Positions 30,589 through 41,183 of a DNA stretch of 64,000 nucleotides are shown piece after piece (the first letter of the stretch is position 1; every line of letters starts with the position of its first letter). The position numbers and the translations under genes are program-made. Source of the stretch: Candidatus Parcubacteria bacterium (lineage in GTDB: Bacteria; Patescibacteriota; Saccharimonadia; UBA4664; JBIOIQ01); contig OY970378.1 of assembly GCA_963718875.1 (NCBI GenBank), positions 4,396-68,395 of the forward strand, given 5' to 3'. Below the pieces are notes generated by a model. The model did not search any database. It was not told the DNA's origin and worked only from the letters and a program-made list of their open reading frames with translations.

Positions 30589-31233
30589 CTATTCAAATCC
30601 ATGGCGCTTACCCCAGTTTGGAGTATCGTCTAGCCAATCGAGCACCATTTCACGCTCTTCTTCCCCTATTTGACCCCTTTGAACTGCGACATCTACCACA
30701 ATTGGGAAAGTGGTGAGATGAGAAAGGTTTGCGTTTGCGGCTTTTAAGCCATCGACTGACTGAGGCAAGGTGTAGTTATAAATAGCGACAATGTTGTCTG
30801 CTACTCCACCGCTTTCTCGTATGGCTCTTTGAGTTTCTAGGCAGCTCTTGCCAGTAGTAATTAAATCTTCAATGATGACTGCCTTTTGGCCGTGAGAAAG
30901 CAACCCTTCAATCTGACTTTTTTTACCATGTTCCTTGGCTTTGCCTCGTACATACACCATTGGTAGGTTCATCTCATGTGCAATCCATGCCGCATGAGGA
31001 ATGCCGGCAGTAGAAGTGCCCGCTATAACATCAAAGTTACCTATCTCTTTGATCTGCTCAACCAAATATTGGATTACACGCTGGCGTTCGGCTGGGTAAG
31101 ATATAAGTAAACGATTATCAATATAAATCGGACTTAAAAGACCATTTGTAAAACGATATGGTTGTGTTGGATTGAGCGTTACCCCTTTTATCGATAAAAG
31201 AATATCGGCGACCTCTTCGGCTACGTTTGTCAT
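30589..31233 (-). CDS. pyrE: orotate phosphoribosyltransferase
   Basis: PRTase PRPP-binding motif VIIEDLITTGKS; adjacent to pyrF. Confidence 0.65.
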   Translation of the reverse strand: MTNVAEEVADILLSIKGVTLNPTQPYRFTNGLLSPIYIDNRLLISYPAERQRVIQYLVEQIKEIGNFDVIAGTSTAGIPHAAWIAHEMNLPMVYVRGKAKEHGKKSQIEGLLSHGQKAVIIEDLITTGKSCLETQRAIRESGGVADNIVAIYNYTLPQSVDGLKAANANLSHLTTFPIVVDVAVQRGQIGEEEREMVLDWLDDTPNWGKRHGFE

Positions 31234-31237
31234 TATA

Positions 31238-32068
31238 TTACTTATCCTCCCTAGCTTTATTAATAGCATCTCTTAGTTCAATGGTTTTGGCTCGGGCAGC
31301 TTCGGCAAAGTCGGGACCACTTGAAGCAAAGATGATGGCGCGTGAGGAGTTAATAATTAGACCGCCTCTCTGCGAATTCAACCCAGCGTCAAGCATAGAT
31401 TCAAGCTCCCCCCCTTGAGCTCCCATCCCGGGAACTAGTATGGGGGCCGAGGGGCCCACGAGTTCCCTAATCCGTTTTAACTCATTGGGGTATGTAGCAC
31501 CGGCAACCACCATGATATTTTGATATTTGTTCCAGTCCGCCAAGGCCTTTTGGGTTACATATTCATATAGTGGCACAGAATTAATCGATAAGTTTTGAAA
31601 CTCACTGGAGCCAGGATTGGATGTTTTGACCAATATAAACAACCCTTTATCGCTGTAGCCAAAAAACGGCTCTAAAGCTTCCCCGCCTTGATAAGGCTGA
31701 AGTGTGATTGCATCTACCTGTAAGTAGCCGAAAGCAAACTGAGCATACTTTGCATTGGTGTTGCCTATATCACCGCGTTTGAAATCAAGCAATATTGTTA
31801 TGTCAGGATAATTGGTTCGGATATAGTCGCAAGTTTTTTTGAGCTGTTTGATGCCAGTTGCTCCCTCGGCTTCGTAGAAGGCTGAGTTTGGTTTATATGT
31901 GCACACCAGATCGGCTGTGGCGTTAATAATAGCTTTATTGAATGCAAAAAGGCATTCTTCGCTCCCCTTTAAGTGGTCGGGAAGCGCATTGATATCTGGA
32001 TCCAGTCCAACGCAAACTAGTGATTTGTTTTTTTCGACCACCTGGCTTAACTTATCAACAAATGTCAT
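31238..32068 (-). CDS. pyrF: orotidine-5'-phosphate decarboxylase (type 2, long form)
   Basis: LVCVGLDPD and LLDFKRGDIGNT motifs. Confidence 0.75.
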   Translation of the reverse strand: MTFVDKLSQVVEKNKSLVCVGLDPDINALPDHLKGSEECLFAFNKAIINATADLVCTYKPNSAFYEAEGATGIKQLKKTCDYIRTNYPDITILLDFKRGDIGNTNAKYAQFAFGYLQVDAITLQPYQGGEALEPFFGYSDKGLFILVKTSNPGSSEFQNLSINSVPLYEYVTQKALADWNKYQNIMVVAGATYPNELKRIRELVGPSAPILVPGMGAQGGELESMLDAGLNSQRGGLIINSSRAIIFASSGPDFAEAARAKTIELRDAINKAREDK

Positions 32069-32442
32069 TGTTTATGCGCCTGCAATGATGATTACATCGT
32101 CTGACATTTCAGAAAGCGCATCACTCAAATAGTTAATTTTAGAAATAATCTTGCTAAAATCGCCAGCCGCTGAGCCAAAAACACCAATTTTGTATTTCAT
32201 ACCATTACTGTAATACAGCTTTCGACTCATTGGCAAACCAAGCTTTGCAAAATTCTTTTAATTGGGTTACTTGACGTACACCATATAAATTATAAATTCG
32301 GCCAACATCTCGCCCTTATTCTCATCACAAACCTGACAAGTTCAGCCCTTGAGATCACTAGCCCCCTTAATGTTTTACCTACATTGCGTTTTCATATCAT
32401 ATATAGTATGAAAACGTATAGTAACTAAAAAGGGTCGGGAAG

Positions 32443-32724
32443 ATGAAGATAGACTCCAGAAATTCTACGTTAGAAGCTTTTGGTAAAAAATTAAGGGAAA
32501 GAAGAGAATATTTTGGTGTGTCACAACGTTATTTAGCTGAAAAAGCCGGCACCACTCAGGCGGCGGTGGCGAGGATTGAAGCTGGGCTAGGGAACCCCAC
32601 GCTAGATAAGCTGGAACGGATGGCTAATGTTCTTAATGTCGATCTCAACCTGCGATTTTTTTATTTCGCAATCCAAGTCGAAGAAGTTAAATATGATTTT
32701 GGCCTTCAAAAAGGGCCGATATAG
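32443..32724 (+). CDS. XRE-family helix-turn-helix transcriptional regulator
   Basis: HTH_3 region: VSQRYLAEKAGTTQAAVARIEAG. Confidence 0.6.
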   Translation: MKIDSRNSTLEAFGKKLRERREYFGVSQRYLAEKAGTTQAAVARIEAGLGNPTLDKLERMANVLNVDLNLRFFYFAIQVEEVKYDFGLQKGPI

Positions 32725-33661
32725 ATAAGCCGCCAAAAACAGCTGTGATGGCATCAGCGATAATAGGAGCGATTGAAAGAACTTCAATTTTAGACTGGTC
32801 GCCGTCACTTTTGATTGGCACTGTGTTGGTAACAATAACTTTCGTAAAAGCGGATTTTTGAATGCGCTCTAAGGCGGGGTCGCTCAAGATTCCATGAGTA
32901 GCCAGGCCATAAATTTCTTTAGCACCGTGTTCAGCCAACAAATCGGCGGCTGCGCAAATGGTACCGGCGGTATCAATCATGTCGTCAACAATAATACAGA
33001 TTTGATCCTTGACCTCACCAATCAAGTACTTGGCTTCTACGGTGTTGTGCTTAGTAAGAGAGCGGTGCTTGTGAATAATGGCTAGGCTACAGTCCAGGGC
33101 GCTGCTATAACGCTCGGCCGTCTTTACCCCACCGGCATCCGGAGATACAACTACAACATTTTTATCAAAATGAGTGCGAACATACTTGCGCAAAACCGGC
33201 ATGGCAATTAAATGGTCAAACGGGCCATTAAAAAAACCTTGGGTTTGACCTGAGTGCAAATCTACACTCATTATTCGGTTAGCGCCGGCAGACGCCAGCA
33301 TGTCTATAACGATACGGGCGGCTATTGGCTCACGTCCGCTGGCACGACGATCTTGGCGGGCATAGCCAAGTAGTGGGCAAACAGCCGTAATTGAGCGGGC
33401 CGATGCACGTTTGGCGGCGTCGATCATAAGTACTTGCTCCATGATGGCTTCGTTAACGTTAGTCCCACCATGAGTTTGGACTATAAACAGATCGCTGCCG
33501 CGGATAGACTCATCTAGGCGGCAGCTGATTTCGCCGTTGGCAAAATTTCCAAGCTGGGCTTTGCCAAGCGGCACGTCTAGCGCCTGAGCTATCTCTTGAG
33601 CAAGTTCTGGATATGCGCGGCCGGAAAGGATTTGCAGCCTCCGCTTTTGAACCTCAATCAT
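32687..33661 (-). CDS. prs: ribose-phosphate pyrophosphokinase
   Basis: PRPP synthetase signatures: DLHSGQTQGFF, IIVDDMIDTAGT. Confidence 0.9.
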   Translation of the reverse strand: MIEVQKRRLQILSGRAYPELAQEIAQALDVPLGKAQLGNFANGEISCRLDESIRGSDLFIVQTHGGTNVNEAIMEQVLMIDAAKRASARSITAVCPLLGYARQDRRASGREPIAARIVIDMLASAGANRIMSVDLHSGQTQGFFNGPFDHLIAMPVLRKYVRTHFDKNVVVVSPDAGGVKTAERYSSALDCSLAIIHKHRSLTKHNTVEAKYLIGEVKDQICIIVDDMIDTAGTICAAADLLAEHGAKEIYGLATHGILSDPALERIQKSAFTKVIVTNTVPIKSDGDQSKIEVLSIAPIIADAITAVFGGLSISALFEGQNHI

Positions 33662-33899
33662 GATTTAATGATACCAGACCCGTTTGGCTTCCCCTATAGC
33701 AAGCTTTTGTAGAAATTTGTATCGCCTATAGCTTTGTGACAGGACTTTTGTAGCGCACTGTAAGATTAACCAGGCTGATTAAACACCCTTGCAAAGGTAT
33801 TTTTTGACCTTCAAAAAAAGGTCTTGAACTATGATTTTAATCCGTTAGCATGGAAAATATCGATGAAGCTTAAAGTACTAGTAGGTATGGGATTAAACG

Positions 33900-35432
33900 A
33901 TGAAGCCAAATAACATTCTTAGCGCAGAATCGCTGGACAATACGCGCGCAGAGCTAGAAAGCGGCGAAGGCATTCAAGCTAGCAATTGGCAGCTTTTTAA
34001 AGGAGCTATTTTTGGTCGTGACTCTGCCCGCGTGGCGTTAGACCTGGTGGCCGCTCGCAAGCATCCTGAGCTGGTGCAAAAAATTATTGCTTCATTACTA
34101 TATTGCCAGGGACGGGATGCTAATTTTTTAACTGGAGAGGAACCGGGACGGATTCATCATGAGCACCGTCGACTAACCTTTGATGGCCAGTCTATTGACC
34201 ACGATACAGAGAATGTCTTTTGGGAGTTGGCAAATTTATGGGGGCAAGTTCACTCAGCCATAACTACGAAGGAAATTATTAGTTATGGCTCAGTCGATGC
34301 TGCACCTCAGTTTGTTAGGCTAGTGTATCAATTTTGCGAATGGCAAGGCTGGGAGTTCTTAGAAAATTCCTATCCTACCCGTGATGGCGGTAGTAGAACA
34401 GTCCTAGCGAGCCTGGAAGATGCATTGAGCTGGATAAGCAGCCGAATTTCAGCCTCAGATTTAGGATTATTAGAAAAGCTTCCAAGTACCATTAAGTGCT
34501 GGGAGACTATGCGGGATGGCACTATGTCTTATCTCCACGAAAATGGTGCGCTGGGCAATGATGAAGCGCCATTTGCTTCTATTGAAGTGCAGGGGTTGGC
34601 TTATGACGCTTTAATGTATGGCACTAAGTTATTTCCGAACCATTACAGAATAAGGGCGTGGGTAAAACAGGCTGAGTATTTGCAAAAGCAAGTATTAGAA
34701 TTGTTCTATTTGCCGGACAAACATTTTTTTGCACAAGCGATTGACCGTGACAAACACGGAAACTCACGGATTATGACTACTCGTACTTCTTTGCCACCCG
34801 AACTGCTCGAAACCAGTATTTTTGAAAAGCTTCCTCGAAAATGGTCTAAAAAAATTATTATTACGGATTTAATTAGACCAATGTTTAGCGAAGAGTTTTT
34901 AACTCCGGTGGGCTTACGAATGCGGTCTTTACAGCATAAAAACTTAACTGACTATGCGGATTACCAAGGATCACTTGTGTCATGGGCGGCTTGTAGCAAT
35001 GTGCTAGCATTGGGCCTACGCCGTTATGGGTTCGTTAAGCTCGCCCAAGATATTGAGCAGCGAATGCTGGAAGGATTGAAGAGAACCAATAACTTTGTTG
35101 AGTTTTGGTACACCATGGAAGATGGACGTGTCCACTATGATGAAGGAAAGCAGACTCCTTGTCCTGGCAAACCGGAAATAATCAAAGCCACCAACATTCC
35201 AGAAATAACCCAAGCATGGACTTGGTCGGCGGCAGTGCGCTCTATCCAAGCCATAGAGAACGAGTCCAAACCTCCTCGTCAACAAAAATGGCAGCGAGAG
35301 TTAACGGCGGAATGTCTTTTTAACGCAGGACGTTTGGACTCGGCCCATTTGCCTAGTAGCCATTTTCATATTAACACCCAAGAAGGGGTTGAAAAGGAAC
35401 GGGCTTTTTTGAAGCGACAAGCAGCGCTTTGA
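33900..35432 (+). CDS. six-hairpin glycosidase-like protein (amylo-alpha-1,6-glucosidase/GDE_C-like)
   Basis: FGRDSARVALDL motif and (alpha/alpha)6-type length; family assignment tentative. Confidence 0.4.
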   Translation: MKPNNILSAESLDNTRAELESGEGIQASNWQLFKGAIFGRDSARVALDLVAARKHPELVQKIIASLLYCQGRDANFLTGEEPGRIHHEHRRLTFDGQSIDHDTENVFWELANLWGQVHSAITTKEIISYGSVDAAPQFVRLVYQFCEWQGWEFLENSYPTRDGGSRTVLASLEDALSWISSRISASDLGLLEKLPSTIKCWETMRDGTMSYLHENGALGNDEAPFASIEVQGLAYDALMYGTKLFPNHYRIRAWVKQAEYLQKQVLELFYLPDKHFFAQAIDRDKHGNSRIMTTRTSLPPELLETSIFEKLPRKWSKKIIITDLIRPMFSEEFLTPVGLRMRSLQHKNLTDYADYQGSLVSWAACSNVLALGLRRYGFVKLAQDIEQRMLEGLKRTNNFVEFWYTMEDGRVHYDEGKQTPCPGKPEIIKATNIPEITQAWTWSAAVRSIQAIENESKPPRQQKWQRELTAECLFNAGRLDSAHLPSSHFHINTQEGVEKERAFLKRQAAL

Positions 35433-35496
35433 CCAGATTTGGCAACCAGACTTCATGTCCTTGCGTTTTTTGACTATGAGTCTGACTTCAACTATC

Positions 35497-36249
35497 TTAA
35501 AACTGTGATAGCCCAAGCACCAGACTAATGAATCCGGCCGCGATGACGGTCCAAAAGATCACTTGACTATAGTGTCGATCACTAACCCGCTTGACGGTTC
35601 TTCTGCCCACTTGATGCCCAATAACTGTAAGGGGTATCAGTAATGCAGCTACGTAAACACCCCTTAGCGTTAAGGAACTGTGTTTCAAAGTATAAATAAT
35701 GCCTATGCCGGCAATGTTCATAGTTAAAAAAATCATAGCCAGGGTGTCTCTTATTTGATTGCGATTAATTTTATGACTACGCAACCAGATTACCAGGGGT
35801 GGCCCACCCAATGACGTCGATGTGTTAAGAATCCCGGCGCAGAATCCTGCTAAGACACTAGTAAAGGAGGGTTTGGGAGGTGTTACGGGGTTAGGAGCAA
35901 GGTATTTCTGGATCATTGCTCCCGCGATAACAAGTATGCCCAAAATGACTTGCAAAAGCTCTTTGTGAATTACTGTCACAATCAATGCACCAATGACGAG
36001 ACCTGGAAGTGCCGAGACGGTAAGCGAGACAATAATTGATCTGGAGTATTCTCGCTGTCGATCTTCTCCGTACAAAATTAAAAGATTCAGCGCACTGGCA
36101 ACTATCAAGCTAGTTGTTACCGAGACAGATGGGGGGAAGTAGATGAGAAGTACCGGTGCCAGAAAAAAAACAAAACCAAACCCGACGACTGTCTGCAAGA
36201 AAGCCCCTATTAACGTGACGATGGATAAGAGTAAAATTTCAATCATCAA
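35497..36249 (-). CDS. TSUP (TauE/SafE) family membrane exporter
   Basis: Two-repeat 4-TM architecture; VVGFGFVFFLAPVL. Confidence 0.55.
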   Translation of the reverse strand: MMIEILLLSIVTLIGAFLQTVVGFGFVFFLAPVLLIYFPPSVSVTTSLIVASALNLLILYGEDRQREYSRSIIVSLTVSALPGLVIGALIVTVIHKELLQVILGILVIAGAMIQKYLAPNPVTPPKPSFTSVLAGFCAGILNTSTSLGGPPLVIWLRSHKINRNQIRDTLAMIFLTMNIAGIGIIYTLKHSSLTLRGVYVAALLIPLTVIGHQVGRRTVKRVSDRHYSQVIFWTVIAAGFISLVLGLSQF

Positions 36250-36298
36250 TATAGCAGTTGACGCCTAAAACCAAGTTAAAGGACATGCTAACATCCTA

Positions 36299-36763
36299 TC
36301 ATAGGCCGGTTTTAGGTTCATGCTGGGACATTCGTCGTTCAGCCGCCGTTACACTTTGAATGGTCCAGGGCGGTGCCTGCGGGTTTTTAATAATTTCTGC
36401 CCACGTCAGCCAATGCACCGCCTTTACTTCATCGGGGCTTTTTGCGCTGGCCGTACCAAAAAAATCTCGACACAAGAAAGCAACGCTTAAACACATTACC
36501 CCCGTATCCATTATGAAAGTTTTACTTTCTAAGTATTCAAGTGTCTGCAAACGCAAGCCAACTTCTTCTAGACATTCCCGCCGAAGAGCCTGCTCCAGCG
36601 CATCTGGCGAGGTAACGATGAGATCAACTTTACCGCCGGGTATAGAGAGCATGCCTGGAGCATGCTCTTCCTGGTCAGAACGTTCAATAATTAAGTAAGA
36701 GTTGTTGCGGCACACAACTGCTTCGACATTAACAATAAAGTAAGGGGGCTGTGTCATATCCAT
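36299..36763 (-). CDS. NUDIX hydrolase
   Basis: Nudix box GGKVDLIVTSPDALEQALRRECLEEVGL; start likely the internal Met (ORF extends to 36859). Confidence 0.75.
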   Translation of the reverse strand: MDMTQPPYFIVNVEAVVCRNNSYLIIERSDQEEHAPGMLSIPGGKVDLIVTSPDALEQALRRECLEEVGLRLQTLEYLESKTFIMDTGVMCLSVAFLCRDFFGTASAKSPDEVKAVHWLTWAEIIKNPQAPPWTIQSVTAAERRMSQHEPKTGL

Positions 36764-36771
36764 ATAATACC

Positions 36772-37536
36772 TTATAAAAAAGGTTGGCAAACAGGACAGA
36801 AATAGGTCGATCGCTTGAGCGCCGCGCCTTGATATATACGCATAATTTTGGTGTTGCAAAAAAAGCAGGGTTGACCATTGCGTCGATAAACAAAATTGGG
36901 GATGGTTTTTTGTCCAGTAGTATTAATGGGCCCGGAACGCGTTATATCGGCAATCATTTGGGGATGCAAAAAATCAAATAACTTTTGATACTTTTCTGAT
37001 GTAATTTGATTAGCAGGAACGAGTGGATTTAAGTGGGCTACAAATAACCCTTCAGACTTATAAATGTTGCCCACCCCTGCCACTATCGCTTGATCCAGCA
37101 AAGCTTCGCCAATGGCTCGACTATCCTTGTAAAGATACTCGAAGGCAGCGCTTGGATTTCGGCTTTTTAAAACTTCCGGACCAATAAGAGATTGGATACG
37201 CAAGGCTTGCTCGTGAGTAATATGTTTAAGTATGCCTCCGCCAAAATAGCCTAAGGATCCTCGGTTGGTAATAAAACCGGTATTAAGGCGTTTTTTGCCA
37301 ATAGCTTCTAAGGTAGTCCGCCACGACCCCCACATTAGCATGTGATTGTATATAACCGTTCCATTGGCTAGGGTTATAAAAATGTTTTTACCTTTGGATG
37401 TAGCGTTTACAATATTGATAGGTAACGATAATTCCCATGGTACGCGCGAAGGCGGGTGCCGGATAAATAAAATGGTTGAACCTGAAAAATGGTTTATCAA
37501 ATTGGCGGACTTTGCTACTTGTGGCCCCTCTGGCAT
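36772..37536 (-). CDS. mutM: formamidopyrimidine-DNA glycosylase / endonuclease VIII family
   Basis: N-terminal MPEGPQV and C-terminal zinc finger YFCPVCQ. Confidence 0.8.
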   Translation of the reverse strand: MPEGPQVAKSANLINHFSGSTILFIRHPPSRVPWELSLPINIVNATSKGKNIFITLANGTVIYNHMLMWGSWRTTLEAIGKKRLNTGFITNRGSLGYFGGGILKHITHEQALRIQSLIGPEVLKSRNPSAAFEYLYKDSRAIGEALLDQAIVAGVGNIYKSEGLFVAHLNPLVPANQITSEKYQKLFDFLHPQMIADITRSGPINTTGQKTIPNFVYRRNGQPCFFCNTKIMRIYQGAALKRSTYFCPVCQPFL

Positions 37537-37583
37537 TATGATTGCCTTGCTCTATTATAGCGTAAGGCGAGACGTGTATACTT

Positions 37584-37955
37584 GTGGCTATGGATCATGC
37601 TTGGTTGTCCTTGCTATTTGCCCTGGCCGTTACTGAACTAACTCACAACGCTATTGAAATTTGGGGGATCCGACAAAAGGTATCCTGGTTGACTGCGCGC
37701 CTTGACGGGTTGGAGCATTCGAAATGGCCTATCAACATAGATACTAAAGCAAAAGTTGCGTTAGTACATGGGGCAATTTTAATTGTGCTCGCCGGTCCGG
37801 TGTGGCTAGCTTCGGAGTTATTAATATTGCCTCCAAGCACTTTAATTATAGGATCAGCGACGGTTTTGCTGGCAAGTTTTATCTACACGACAATTTCGGT
37901 TGATCGGTACCACACGGAAATTAGCAAGGTACTGAAGCGTTTTAAGCGGTTTTAA
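37584..37955 (+). CDS. small membrane protein, unknown function
   Basis: Three hydrophobic segments. Confidence 0.4.
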   Translation: MAMDHAWLSLLFALAVTELTHNAIEIWGIRQKVSWLTARLDGLEHSKWPINIDTKAKVALVHGAILIVLAGPVWLASELLILPPSTLIIGSATVLLASFIYTTISVDRYHTEISKVLKRFKRF

Positions 37956-38020
37956 ATTGGGTCAAAGCAGCCAAAAGTTATCATTATGTTTAGTAGTTAT
38001 GTTCTTAAACAAGGTTTGCG

Positions 38021-38965
38021 TTAAAACCCTTGAGCTGACGATAACATGCGGCCTTTTCGATGGCGCTCACCCAACCAAAAACTTATCATCATTAAAAAGG
38101 CTGTAACCCACAGCGGCCAAGCTATTTGTAATCCCCCTCCAAGAGGCGCTCCGCCGGTTCCAGCAAGTGCCACGGCCTTTCCATTGATAATTGTTATTAG
38201 CTGCAAGTAAGCCGTATTGCCGTTGGCGTCAGAGGCACGGACAATCACAGTGTAGTTGCCAGGCTTAGAATATGAGTGAACGGCCTGAAGTTTGCCATCT
38301 TGGCTACTATAAAGGTTGCTTTTGCCATCCCCCCATTCCAGGTTGATGGCATACGGAGCCTTGCCCCCACTAACATTTACGACCCAGCTCAAACTGTCAA
38401 ACGGAAACGCACCGCGGTACAAAATGGTGTCGGAGTTTATGGTTAACGGGGGTAGAGTGGTAACAATTGGGTTGCCAGTGGTGGGGCCAGGGTTGGGACG
38501 AGGATTAGCAACCGGAACTAGGGGCGGTGGTGGTGGATCATAGAAAACTGTTACTCCGGGGGTAGTTGGGCCTTGTCGGTCAAAGATGTCATAAACTTGA
38601 GCAACAAGGTTATTTTGCCCTGGTACAAGATCGATTTGTAAATTAAAGTTTCCGTCCAAGCCGCAATAGGTGGTACCCGCAAACACGTTGTTGCGTAAGA
38701 TTTTGACATAAGCGTCGCTGGGGCAAGTTCCTGTCACTGCTATGGGTAAGGTATTAAAACGCTGAGCGCTTGTTGGTGAGGTTATGTATGCGCCGACAGT
38801 CGGTGCGGGGCCAATAATGGCGGATGAAATTGTTTGGGAAGCACGGCTAGAATATGAGCAAGCCGACAGGATCACTCCCGTTGCTAAAAGCATGAATGTT
38901 AAACCTGCATATGAAGTGTGATGATGAGGCAGTCGGCGACCGGAATAGTGATGCTTGCTTAGCAT
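38021..38965 (-). CDS. PKD-domain surface protein, paralog of 16284..17252
   Basis: HHHTSYAGLTFMLLATGVIL N-terminus; INLEWGDGKSN...AVHSY; C-terminal IAWPLWVTAFLMMISFWLGERHRKGR. Confidence 0.65.
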   Translation of the reverse strand: MLSKHHYSGRRLPHHHTSYAGLTFMLLATGVILSACSYSSRASQTISSAIIGPAPTVGAYITSPTSAQRFNTLPIAVTGTCPSDAYVKILRNNVFAGTTYCGLDGNFNLQIDLVPGQNNLVAQVYDIFDRQGPTTPGVTVFYDPPPPPLVPVANPRPNPGPTTGNPIVTTLPPLTINSDTILYRGAFPFDSLSWVVNVSGGKAPYAINLEWGDGKSNLYSSQDGKLQAVHSYSKPGNYTVIVRASDANGNTAYLQLITIINGKAVALAGTGGAPLGGGLQIAWPLWVTAFLMMISFWLGERHRKGRMLSSAQGF

Positions 38966-39106
38966 AAGCGTATTGTCTCACAAAACTTGGTGGCTTTAAA
39001 AAACAAGGGACAAGATTCTTTTAGTAGGAGACTGTTTATGGTTTGGTTAATTAGCCGTTGTCTCATTCCCGACTTCTCCAGCACTAACCGCCATCACTGC
39101 ATTTCT

Positions 39107-39176
39107 CGTATAGGTCTAACATAGACTGCTTTTAAGCGTTTTAAACATGTCTAACTTAGACTTATAGCAAATGTGG
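39107..39176. repeat. family A palindromic repeat element (inverted copy of 25711-25778)
   Basis: Direct comparison. Confidence 0.8.
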
Positions 39177-39285
39177 CACGTCCAAAGGGATCCCTAGTCA
39201 CCCCAGATCCACCGGTCATCCGTCGCTTGACGCATGACCGGATGACAAGAAAGGCTTCTTGATTCAGGGTCCTAACTATTACCTA

Positions 39286-39477
39286 TGTACCGCCTTTAGG
39301 ACAGTAGTTCAACTGATCAAATACGAGTAGCTGCAAGAAATCACTCGTCTAAAACGTTTAAACGGGCTCTGATTAGCTGGGCTCTTGCAACGATCAATAA
39401 TGCCCCAAAATAGATAAACATTACTTGGAAGCGCTTGAGGTGGCAAAACCTCAGAGCACTGTCCTAAAGGCGGTACA
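39286..39477. repeat. long-range perfect 20-bp inverted repeat (tgtaccgcctttaggacagt / actgtcctaaaggcggtaca) enclosing ~150 nt with internal hairpins; foldback element or structured RNA
   Basis: Arms at 39286-39305 and 39458-39477. Internal hairpins cgagtag...cactcg and tgaggtggcaaaacctca. Confidence 0.6.
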
Positions 39478-39551
39478 TTGCCTAAAATGATGTGAGCTCC
39501 TTTTAAGGGCTGGGCTCTATCTCATATTTAAATGTTTAGAATGATGACCTG

Positions 39552-40016
39552 TTAGTTGACTTGTTTGCCCCACTTCAAAGTGTACTTTTGGGCTGGAGTC
39601 GACTCAATACTATCAAGTAAATAAAAGTTGTCCACCGAGATCATATAAAATTTATGGCCTTCGACGGTTTTGGCCTCATCTACTATTGTTGAGTCGGTAT
39701 CAAACCTGGAACAGTAAAGTGTATAGGCCGGATGATTTACGCTTACATCAGTAAGCAGCTTTGCTGTGCCATCAAAGAAGACGCCCCGCAACTTTTGGCC
39801 AACAATATGTTGCGTGACTATACTACCAGCTACCGTTGGATTAGCTGCAATGTCTTGGCTATGACGTCGCGACTCAAGAGATCGGAAGTAAAAATTAAGG
39901 TCACTATCATAAACGTAGTGAAGTTCACATGCCCAGGGTTTATTGTCGCGCGCTGTAGACAGAGACATGTGAATAATGTTGGGCAAGTACTCGCGAATTA
40001 CTTTTTCTACATCCAT
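39552..40016 (-). CDS. pyridoxamine 5'-phosphate oxidase-like FMN-binding split-barrel protein
   Basis: 154 aa; pattern typical of PNPOx-like / general stress protein 26. Confidence 0.5.
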   Translation of the reverse strand: MDVEKVIREYLPNIIHMSLSTARDNKPWACELHYVYDSDLNFYFRSLESRRHSQDIAANPTVAGSIVTQHIVGQKLRGVFFDGTAKLLTDVSVNHPAYTLYCSRFDTDSTIVDEAKTVEGHKFYMISVDNFYLLDSIESTPAQKYTLKWGKQVN

Positions 40017-40124
40017 GTGTTCTCCTATATACTCGGCAATGATAACATTTTTTTGTCAGCATGATTTCTGGAATATTACTGGGTTTAATCGCTAGGTTAC
40101 GTTATCTTTGCTAGTATTAGTGTA

Positions 40125-41111
40125 ATGCATTTACTCGCCGCAACCGCCACAAGCTTTCACTCATATAAAATACCTTGGTTTATGTATGCACTTGTGGCGG
40201 CAGCTTTGGTTGTGTATGCAATTATCGAATACCAGCACACCCGACACGATCACGAAATTAAGTTTAAAGAAGCCGTTCATTGGTCAATCATATATGTAAG
40301 CGCCGCGTTGCTGTTTGCTATCCCCGTGTTTATTTTTATCAGCCCCCAGGCGAGCGGCGAATATTTGGCGGCTTGGGCGGTTGAAAAGGCATTGAGCCTT
40401 GATAACTTATTTGTGGTTGGTCTAATATTTACCAGTTTTAAGGTTAAGCCTGTATTTGAACGCCGGATGCTAAACTATGGTATTGCAGGCGCCATTTTTT
40501 TTCGTTTAATTTTTATTGTGGCGGGCTTAGAACTTTTAAAACGATTTGAATGGCTTGGCATTGTATTTGGCCTGATCCTCCTGCATGCTGCCTGGAAAGC
40601 TTTGATGGATGCACGCAGTAAACATGGTCACGAAGAACAGCCAAACATGGCAAAGAGCTGGTTGTGGCGGTTTTTGACAAAAGTATTACCAATCCACCCC
40701 GAGTTTGTAGAGCATAAACTGATAGTAAAAGTTAAGGGAAAGCGCATGCTTACCATGATGGCGGCGGTAATCATTGTGATTGAAATAACGGACATTATTT
40801 TTGCGGTTGATAGCGTACCGGCAGTGTTAGCAGTAAGTCCAGATAGATTTATCGCTTATTCGAGTAATATATTTGCCCTTTTGGGGCTGCGGGCGTTGTT
40901 TTTTGTGTACCGAGCTGTGGCCGAGAAGTTTTGGGCGTTGACATGGGCTTTAGCAGGAGTGCTGGCCTGGATTAGCTTTAAACTCATATCCGGACCGCTA
41001 GGATTTCATGTCCCAGTATCGGTAAACTTGGCCGTGTTAGGGCTTTTACTAGGCGGTGGGGTGGTTGTTTCGTTAATGTGGCAAAAACACTCTCCCCACA
41101 TGTCATCCTGA
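40125..41111 (+). CDS. TerC-family integral membrane protein
   Basis: LSLDNLFVVGLIF and DIIFAVDSVPAVLAVS motifs. Confidence 0.7.
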   Translation: MHLLAATATSFHSYKIPWFMYALVAAALVVYAIIEYQHTRHDHEIKFKEAVHWSIIYVSAALLFAIPVFIFISPQASGEYLAAWAVEKALSLDNLFVVGLIFTSFKVKPVFERRMLNYGIAGAIFFRLIFIVAGLELLKRFEWLGIVFGLILLHAAWKALMDARSKHGHEEQPNMAKSWLWRFLTKVLPIHPEFVEHKLIVKVKGKRMLTMMAAVIIVIEITDIIFAVDSVPAVLAVSPDRFIAYSSNIFALLGLRALFFVYRAVAEKFWALTWALAGVLAWISFKLISGPLGFHVPVSVNLAVLGLLLGGGVVVSLMWQKHSPHMSS

Positions 41112-41183
41112 CTAGGAAGTCCTACTTAAGCGGGAATCCAACCTTTCAATATCTAACTATTTTTTGAATTTATAAAAGTTGTT

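Noticed and set aside
36360-36698. Plus-strand 112-aa ORF
   Set aside because: Lies fully inside and antisense to the NUDIX gene; Arg/Ser-rich translation.
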